A stretch of DNA of 13,761 nt from a bacterium (lineage in GTDB: Bacteria > Zhuqueibacterota > Zhuqueibacteria > Oceanimicrobiales > Oceanimicrobiaceae), in the NCBI GenBank assembly GCA_046757165.1, contig JBHHXT010000119.1:1-13761 (forward strand), written 5' to 3'. How positions within the stretch are numbered: position 1 is the stretch's first letter; each line of letters starts with the position of its first letter. Positions 8,501 to 13,761 of this stretch are shown here, one piece after another. A program made the translations under genes and the position numbers. The notes under the pieces are model-generated. The model saw only the letters and a list, made by a program, of their open reading frames with translations, did not search any database and was not told the DNA's origin.

Positions 8501-9187
8501 ACTGCGGCCCGCTTGGGGGGCGTCAGAACCCCGTTCCGAATCATCGATGCCTCGACCGGTGATCGGGTGCAGTTCTTTATCAATGAAGTTCCGGGACTGC
8601 GGAACAAGCGCTGGGATTGGCAAGAAACCATCGTCCTGATCAGGCCCAATGCCACGCAGATCACCCAGACCACCTACCAGGTGAAATTCAATCCGCCGAG
8701 CGATACGGTAAAAACCGTGGATGGCACACGGGATTCGCTCATCATTTTCGACCCGCCGATTTACCCCGGAGAGGGGGACGTCTTCCTGCTTTTCTCGAAG
8801 AAGCCGTTTGAAGCCGGCGACAAGTACGGCTTCCGAACCGAAGTTCCGGGGACAGACCGGCAGCAAGCCCGCAATGCCCTGGATAATGTCATCGTGGTGC
8901 CCAACCCCTATATCGCGTTCAGTCCGGCCGAGCTGGCGGCGCCGCGTTCCGGCCAGCGCGATGACCTGCTGCTTGAATTCAGAAATCTGCCGGAAGAATG
9001 TGTTATCCGAATATACACCATCACGGGCGAGCTCGTGGACACCATTACAAAAAACGATAACCGCGACTTTGTCACCTGGAGGATTTTGACCTTTGAATCA
9101 CAGCAGGTCGCATACGGCGTTTATATTTACCATGTTGACGCGCCGGGCATTGGCACGAAGATCGGCCGGTTCGCTCTTATCAAGTAG
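5555..9187 (+). CDS. Large secreted hypothetical protein (1210 aa) with acidic Ca-binding-like inserts, an FN3-like segment and a variant T9SS-like C-terminal domain
   Basis: SPI-type signal (...AASAFA|T); alternative start at 5567. Acidic motifs GIDDDGQDNDNDGLTDE and DEDGDWNPDFDDVGVDG. FN3-like VTLFWD...FEGYKIYRS...YFYAVTSYD. C-terminus VVPNPY...FRNLP...IRIYTITGELV...W...AYGVYIYHV...GRFALIK. Confidence 0.88.
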   Translation: MNKIMKNLIVGCSVGLFFGFFVAASAFATGGKDVKKVNIKKLPTRERYELVAKQRAALAKALLQDKRHDRLKETIITGNQIRVLVTNLGSISTPSADNANADLVWPAGPSGLGYAFEFGPLLAAEVVGEEGDTLHIVNDGFFAGSGGEFEPGTANRWGWEPRIGFSDPSSNRVATFSDLDRDLDGKPDSWPEAWFNETLGRYVWPAFLGDDATTPDEEVFYVMDDFDNAEFNYLPFPDDPTTRGLGLELQVRIFQFNNPLAEDLIFLVYTVVNISPRTLTKVYLGMFGDPHVGGPNDFADDFAGFISAFNEAFPFDTRNMLFAFDEDGVGDQGKTPGYFGYRFLESPGIDDDGQDNDNDGLTDESQFNDAGELIFGPVGIFGEDKLHWSGDEDGDWNPDFDDVGVDGIPGTSDFGEADGRPNQRFFLDLNNNSMREAGEPVSERREPGMRFLSGEPNFGFLDIAESDQLGLTSFNAILFGGNNEPKNDELMWNLLSRPNQRPSDPEPEIEQEADNVFIYGSGPFSLEPGESQRFSIALLLGRDLTDLLSNAQVSQQVFESDYRFAQAPLKPNLVAVPGDKKVTLFWDDGAETSFDSFVARANPDEASKAFDFEGYKIYRSQDFSFNDTQTITDSRGVPFLSVPLRQANGVPAQFDLINEFEGLSEIEFAGRGVRFDLGRNTGLVHTFVDSNNVQNGITYFYAVTSYDHGDVKGKLAPTESQRTIQRDAVTRNFTFDVNTAMIVPGPPAAGFVRPRLDNTAGSNLATREAGNATGAVRVAFLDDFDVIDGKRYDVVFQEVQLDSVTTTLGYSVIDLQPVSASFVARDTVFINLRRRNLVRGSIAITDQSGAPVDSSRYVVDYERGRIRGAFAGALPSGDQFGITFRFMPVAKSTSIHGEDDNPVFDGMKIFVQNDETALDAISSDGGRSGFKSVETNTNFRDENTIIELARVGNPSPVPTDFEIQFVNYDTTANGDLIEPADSTAARLGGVRTPFRIIDASTGDRVQFFINEVPGLRNKRWDWQETIVLIRPNATQITQTTYQVKFNPPSDTVKTVDGTRDSLIIFDPPIYPGEGDVFLLFSKKPFEAGDKYGFRTEVPGTDRQQARNALDNVIVVPNPYIAFSPAELAAPRSGQRDDLLLEFRNLPEECVIRIYTITGELVDTITKNDNRDFVTWRILTFESQQVAYGVYIYHVDAPGIGTKIGRFALIK

Positions 9188-9204
9188 ATGGAAAATCAAA
9201 CTCT

Positions 9205-10263
9205 ATGGAGAAACAGGTGCGAACAATGAGAACGTTCTTCTGTTTAACCGTGGCTCTGATTCTCTTTTTCGCCACGCAAGGTTTTTCACAAAGCAATGCG
9301 CAGGATGTCACCTCCATCGACCGCGTTGGCACCACAGCCGCACAGTTTCTGAAGATCGGCGCCGGCGCCCGGCCGATCGCCATGGGCGGCGCCTACACAG
9401 CCCTGTCGAATGATATTCTCTCGACCTATTGGAATCCGGCGGGTTTGTCGCGAATCGCCGGAACCGGTGAGGCGACCTTCAATCATTCGGAATGGCTGGC
9501 GGAGACGAACTACGATTTTGCCGCGTTCTCGATCAACGTCGGCACCGTGGGTTCCTTCGGCGCGCAAGTCATCTCGTTCGGCACTCCCGAACAGCCCGTT
9601 CGGACGGTGAGAAACCCTGATGGCACCGGCCAGTTTTGGGATGCCAACTCCATCGCTTTGGGCGTCACCTACGCCAGGAACCTGACCGATCGCTTTTCCA
9701 TCGGCTTCACGGCGAAGTTCGTTCAGGAATCCATTTTCAACGTCCGTGCCCTCGGTGCGGCTTTTGATCTCGGCGTGCTGTACGACACGCCGTTGCAGAA
9801 CCTGACCCTGGGGGCGACAATTACCAATTTCGGCACGAAAATGAGTCTGGGGGGCAGGGACATCTTCTTCAACGAAGACCCGCTACCGGAAGACGGGACC
9901 GTCGACCAGGTGCCCGGAGAATTCCGGACGGACAGCTTTGAGATGCCACTCAACCTCAGGTTTGGCCTGGCCTGGCGCGTGATGAGCAATGAAACCTTCA
10001 AAGTGGTTGCCTCGGCCGATGGCACCCAGCCAAACGATAACAACGAGTTCTTGAACGGCGGCATTGAAGTGGGCATCAGGAATACACTCTTCCTCAGAGG
10101 GGGCTACAAGGCACTCTTTCTGGAGAATAGCGAGCAGGGCGTCACCTTTGGCGCCGGGCTCAAATACGATACCGTGGGGTTGAACCTGCGGATCGATTTC
10201 GCCTGGGCCGACTATGGCCGTTTGGATGACGTAAAATTCGTGACCTTCTCGGTCAGATACTAA
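9205..10263 (+). CDS. PorV/PorQ (UPF0164, FadL-like) family outer-membrane beta-barrel protein; true start may be 9226
   Basis: Family motif FLKIGAGARPIAMGGAYTA...YWNPAGL; alternating beta-strands; aromatic C-terminus FSVRY. AGGTG (9215-9219) lies 6 nt before ATG 9226, which gives a cleaner signal peptide. Confidence 0.9.
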   Translation: MEKQVRTMRTFFCLTVALILFFATQGFSQSNAQDVTSIDRVGTTAAQFLKIGAGARPIAMGGAYTALSNDILSTYWNPAGLSRIAGTGEATFNHSEWLAETNYDFAAFSINVGTVGSFGAQVISFGTPEQPVRTVRNPDGTGQFWDANSIALGVTYARNLTDRFSIGFTAKFVQESIFNVRALGAAFDLGVLYDTPLQNLTLGATITNFGTKMSLGGRDIFFNEDPLPEDGTVDQVPGEFRTDSFEMPLNLRFGLAWRVMSNETFKVVASADGTQPNDNNEFLNGGIEVGIRNTLFLRGGYKALFLENSEQGVTFGAGLKYDTVGLNLRIDFAWADYGRLDDVKFVTFSVRY

Positions 10264-10389
10264 TTTTTTCGCAGACTTCGCCGCGAAAAAAGTCATTACC
10301 CAATGACGCCTGCAGGGCAAATGACAATAAATGACGAGCAAAGCTCAAATGCCGGTCTTTTCAGTAAACGATTGGCCTCAGAAAAAAAT

Positions 10390-10409
10390 ATCGACAATAC
10401 TTTGTCGAT
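10390..10409. promoter_or_regulatory. Perfect 8-bp inverted repeat, candidate operator or RNA hairpin
   Basis: ATCGACAA-TACT-TTGTCGAT in the intergenic region upstream of the 555-aa gene. Confidence 0.4.
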
Positions 10410-10455
10410 GTCGTTTAGTGAACCCCTATTTTCAAAGCAGAAAGGAGGTAGAGAA

Positions 10456-10473
10456 ATGAACCGACACACTTGA
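10456..10473 (+). other. Putative 5-codon upstream ORF (MNRHT*)
   Basis: AAGGAGGT (10442-10449) 6 nt before ATG AAC CGA CAC ACT TGA, followed by a hairpin at 10479-10504. Confidence 0.45.
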
Positions 10474-10545
10474 ATCCGGTTGGACAACGGTCTTTCGTTC
10501 CAACAAACCCCTTACACCTTTTCTCAATAACTTACGGAGGACAAC

Positions 10546-12213
10546 ATGCGACACGTCGTGACAGTTTTTACCGTTTTTATGTTTTTCTTCCTGACGCTGG
10601 GAGCGTTCGCACAGGATGAATTTGGCAGAGTATCGGTCATCCCGGCAGACAGCCTGGATCCCGGCGGCTTTGGCGGCATTGTTGCCGGCGTTGATTTTGA
10701 CGGCGATGGCAATTCCGAGATCTACGCCGTCAACAATGACTGGGTTGATATCATCGGCGCTGATCTCGTGCCGCGGCTCTATAAATATGAGCGTGACACG
10801 AACGGCGACTGGACCGTTGTGTGGTGGACACGGCTGCCTTTTGATTTCCAAAATACGTGGCCGGCTTTTGAATATGCGGATCTGGACAACGATGGCAGAA
10901 AGGAAATCGTCTGGGGACCGGTCAACAACTTTGGGGCGGGAACGAACCCCAATCCGCCGAGAATCGTGGTATATGAATCCGCCGGCGACGGCAGCGATGT
11001 GATGGGCGTGGATAACGGCGACGGCACCTTTCGACCCAACGCCGAGTGGAATCTTGACCTGGCAGATGAGACCAACGTCCGCCCGTTCCGCTGGCTCATG
11101 CACGACATCGATGGCGACGGCACAACGGAAATCGTGACCGCTTTGCGCGCCGGGGACAACCGTGCGCAGATCTATTCGGTTGACAACATTCCGGACAATG
11201 GCGACAGCAGCGAGGTCTGGACGATGGAGTTCAATGGTCTCGGCTCATCCACGAATTATGACCTGGCGATCTTGAACGGAACCGCCTATTTTATCAGCAG
11301 CGGCGGCAATGTCACCGGCGTCACGTGGGATGCCACTGCCGATACCTTTGCCATCGGTCCGACGCAAGATGGTCTCGTCCCTGGTGGCTCCTGGAAATCT
11401 GCTTCCGTGGTGGATTTTGGCGACGGCAGTGGCGATGTCATCGTGCTCGCATCATGGGCACCGGGCGATGCGGATCCGGATAACAAAGCGATCCGGCTCT
11501 TGCAGCAAGACGCGGATACGCTGTTGGCCACCGTCATTGCGGATTTCGACGATACCATTCCGAACAACCGGCGCCTCAACGGCGGCGATGCCGGCGATAT
11601 CGACGGCGATGGCAACTGGGATTTTGTCTTTGGCGTGCGCAACTTCGACACCCCGGTCGGACCGCCTGCCGCAGTGGTTCGCCTGGAATATCTCGGCGGA
11701 GACATCACCGACCCGGCAAGTTTCCAGCAGTCGATCCTCGACAGCAGTATCATCGGTGAAAACGGGGCGCAGGTCGATGTGATCGAGGTCATGGATGTCG
11801 ACTTTGATGGCGTCGATGAGGTGGTCTACGCTGGCGTGACGCGGCCTTTCGGCTCAGGGCCTCCGACGCTTCCAATCACCATCCTCAAGAGTGGCGTTGC
11901 CGTCAGTGTCCCGAGCGACAGAGACCTGGCGCCCAGGCGTTTTGTTCTGCATCAAAACTACCCGAATCCGTTCAACCCCGCCACGCAGATTTCCTACGAT
12001 CTGTTTCAGGACGCGGCCGTTCTGCTCAAAATCTACAACTTGCGGGGCCAGGAAGTTCGGACGTTGGTCGACGAAACCAAGCCCGCAGGAACGTATACGG
12101 TGCGCTGGGATGGTTCGAGCAATGCAGGCACCCGGGTAGCAAGCGGTGTTTATATTTATGTGCTGCGAGCCGGTGAGTTCGTACAATCCAGGCGAATGAC
12201 GTTTATCAAGTAA
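10546..12213 (+). CDS. Secreted FG-GAP/VCBS-like repeat protein with C-terminal T9SS type-A sorting / FlgD-Ig-like domain, 555 aa
   Basis: GGAGG SD (10536-10540); signal peptide ...GAFA|Q; motifs DFDGDGNSE, DLDNDGRKE, DIDGDGTTE, DIDGDGNWD, DVDFDGVDE; C-terminal QNYPNPFNP...KIYNLRGQEV...WDG...ASGVYIY...RRMTFIK. Confidence 0.9.
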   Translation: MRHVVTVFTVFMFFFLTLGAFAQDEFGRVSVIPADSLDPGGFGGIVAGVDFDGDGNSEIYAVNNDWVDIIGADLVPRLYKYERDTNGDWTVVWWTRLPFDFQNTWPAFEYADLDNDGRKEIVWGPVNNFGAGTNPNPPRIVVYESAGDGSDVMGVDNGDGTFRPNAEWNLDLADETNVRPFRWLMHDIDGDGTTEIVTALRAGDNRAQIYSVDNIPDNGDSSEVWTMEFNGLGSSTNYDLAILNGTAYFISSGGNVTGVTWDATADTFAIGPTQDGLVPGGSWKSASVVDFGDGSGDVIVLASWAPGDADPDNKAIRLLQQDADTLLATVIADFDDTIPNNRRLNGGDAGDIDGDGNWDFVFGVRNFDTPVGPPAAVVRLEYLGGDITDPASFQQSILDSSIIGENGAQVDVIEVMDVDFDGVDEVVYAGVTRPFGSGPPTLPITILKSGVAVSVPSDRDLAPRRFVLHQNYPNPFNPATQISYDLFQDAAVLLKIYNLRGQEVRTLVDETKPAGTYTVRWDGSSNAGTRVASGVYIYVLRAGEFVQSRRMTFIK

Positions 12214-12236
12214 ACTTCGAAGCCTCTGGTGGTGTC

Positions 12237-12271
12237 AAAAGGTCTTGGTCCAATTGGGCCAAGACCTTTTT
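12237..12271. terminator. Intrinsic, probably bidirectional terminator
   Basis: AAAAGGTCTTGGTCC-AATT-GGGCCAAGACCTTTTT; T5 tract on plus, T4 on minus; lies between convergent genes, 23 nt after the stop at 12213. Confidence 0.9.
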
Positions 12272-12334
12272 GGGTTTTATGTCCATCTGTGTGGTTAAGA
12301 TAGTACGTGACTCAAGACGAAAAAGCCAGAACCC

Positions 12335-12415
12335 AAAAAGGGAAAACGGATGACACAGAATGCGCGGACTTTCACCGATTATTCAAGTATTTAGTTTATG
12401 AGATCCGTGAAAATC
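12335..12415. repeat. Decayed second copy of the periodic CGGAT element, overlapping the 3' end of the transporter gene
   Basis: CGGAT/CAGAA/CGGAC/CCGAT at 12347, 12356, 12365, 12375 (spacing 9, 9, 10). Partial right arm ATCCGTGAAAATC (12403-12415) is complementary to 12367-12379 at 11/13. Confidence 0.6.
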
Positions 12416-13702
12416 TCGACGCGACCGGACAGCCCGCAGCAGCGGCACGGCGAGCACCAGGGTCACCAGCGTAGAAATAGTCAAGATGAGTGACTCCTTC
12501 GGCGCGAACAGGTGCGTCGCCGCGGACGCGGCACGCAGCAAGTTAGACACGCCAAGCACGACCGTGACCGCCACAACCACACTCATCAGGAAATTGGAAA
12601 GCCGTCCATTGAGGTGGTCTGTTCGCATCAACTTGCCATCATTGACGGCCAGCAACAGGAAGACGGCCACCAGAGGCAGCAAGATTCCGTTCAACGCCTG
12701 AGCTAAGATGATAGCTGGAATGGGTTTCACTTCTGCGACCCCAAACGCCCCACCGACGATGAGCACCCCGAGCCAGACGGAACGGTAGCGCCAATCCCGC
12801 TCCTGCCAGGCGTGGCCGCCACCAGCGGCAAAAAGACTCCTGGCGGTGATGGCGGCGGCCAGCGGGGCCGTGATGGCGGAGGAAAAACCGGCCGCGCACA
12901 GACCAAAGGCAAACAACAAGCCCGCTCCCGCTCCCAGATTTGTCGCCAGGGTCGTGGCCAGGGAGCCGTAGCTGAACGAGTCCACAGCCGTGCCAACCAC
13001 CAGGACGCCCATCGAAATGATTCCACCAAACATCACGGAAACAGACAGCCCGAGCCGCAGCTCCTGCACCCTCTGCCCGGCGGCCATGCCGGAGCCGAGA
13101 AAGAGGTTGTAAGGCACCACGGTCGTGCCGATCAGGCCGAGCACCAGCAGACCCGAGCCATGCGGCAGGTCCGGAACGAGACTGCCCCGCAGAATTGCGC
13201 CCACCGGTGGCTCGAGAATAAACGCCGTCACCAAAAAGGCCAGCCCCATGAACGCGACGATGGCGCTCAGAAAATAGGCCACCGTACGCACGGTCCCCAG
13301 CCAGAGCAGCAAACCGGCCGCACCGCACAAGAGGCAGGTCAGCACCACAGGAGGCCAGTGTGTGCCCAAAACCGCGCCAGCGACGCCGCCGAGAACATTG
13401 CCCGCCTGATACGCCGCGCAACCGAAAATAATGCCCCCCAGAACCAGCGCCAGCACCAGCATGCCCTGGAGGCCGCCGTGAAATTGTCGGCGGATCGCCT
13501 GCCCCAGGTTGAGTCCAGAAACGATGGTCAACCGGCCGCTTGCTTCCTGCAAAACCAGGGTCGCGACCGTCGAGAAAACCAGCGCCCACAGCAGCGCGAA
13601 GCCAAACTTCGAGCCTGCAGAAGCCGCCGTGGTAACTGTCCCGGGCCCGATAAACGCGGCAGAGATGACGGACCAAAAGAGGATGGTTGGGAGGCGGGAC
13701 AT
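12383..13702 (-). CDS. Nramp-family (LeuT-fold) transporter, non-canonical YcsG-like branch, 439 aa
   Basis: About 11 hydrophobic segments. TM1 AAFIGPGTVTT...AGSKFGFALLW...LQEASGRL...G; TM6 LIGTTVVPYNLFL; later AAGFSSAITAPLAAA and AQALNGILLP. Confidence 0.88.
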   Translation of the reverse strand: MSRLPTILFWSVISAAFIGPGTVTTAASAGSKFGFALLWALVFSTVATLVLQEASGRLTIVSGLNLGQAIRRQFHGGLQGMLVLALVLGGIIFGCAAYQAGNVLGGVAGAVLGTHWPPVVLTCLLCGAAGLLLWLGTVRTVAYFLSAIVAFMGLAFLVTAFILEPPVGAILRGSLVPDLPHGSGLLVLGLIGTTVVPYNLFLGSGMAAGQRVQELRLGLSVSVMFGGIISMGVLVVGTAVDSFSYGSLATTLATNLGAGAGLLFAFGLCAAGFSSAITAPLAAAITARSLFAAGGGHAWQERDWRYRSVWLGVLIVGGAFGVAEVKPIPAIILAQALNGILLPLVAVFLLLAVNDGKLMRTDHLNGRLSNFLMSVVVAVTVVLGVSNLLRAASAATHLFAPKESLILTISTLVTLVLAVPLLRAVRSRRDFHGSHKLNT

Positions 13703-13761
13703 GTTTTATTGTTTTATTTGTTGATTTACATGAACAACAAATTGATCAGGTGTGACATGGA

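Noticed and set aside
5555..9187. Calling this gene susD or the locus a classical PUL
   Set aside because: There is no lipobox Cys or SusD/TPR pattern, the protein is about twice SusD size, and no CAZyme is recognisable in the window.
10264..10291. Intrinsic terminator after the PorV-like gene
   Set aside because: The T-run is 5' and the A-run 3' on both strands, so there is no U-tract after the stem, and the GC core is only 3 bp.
12383..13702. Gene symbol mntH
   Set aside because: The DPGN and MPH signature residues are absent.

Overview
This is bacterial DNA, most likely from a non-Bacteroidota FCB-group lineage (KSB1/Calditrichota/Ignavibacteria-like). That assignment is an inference from gene style plus sigma70 and Shine-Dalgarno usage. 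The window holds six real CDSs. The core is a co-oriented run: TonB-dependent receptor (2638-5508), a 1210-aa secreted protein with a variant T9SS-like C-terminal domain (5555-9187), and a PorV/PorQ-family outer-membrane barrel (9205-10263). Two distantly paralogous FG-GAP-type repeat proteins with standard T9SS type-A/FlgD-like C-terminal domains bracket it (378-2189 minus, 10546-12213 plus). No SusD, recognisable enzyme or regulator gene is present. A convergent Nramp-fold transporter lacking the canonical metal-binding residues follows (12383-13702 minus). The intergenic DNA is highly structured: a REP-like cluster (1-166), a periodic CGGAT inverted-repeat element (192-359) with a decayed relative at 12335-12415, a REP doublet with a compensatory change (2418-2473), a near-consensus sigma70 promoter, two operator-like palindromes, a strongly SD-led 5-codon uORF and a bidirectional terminator.
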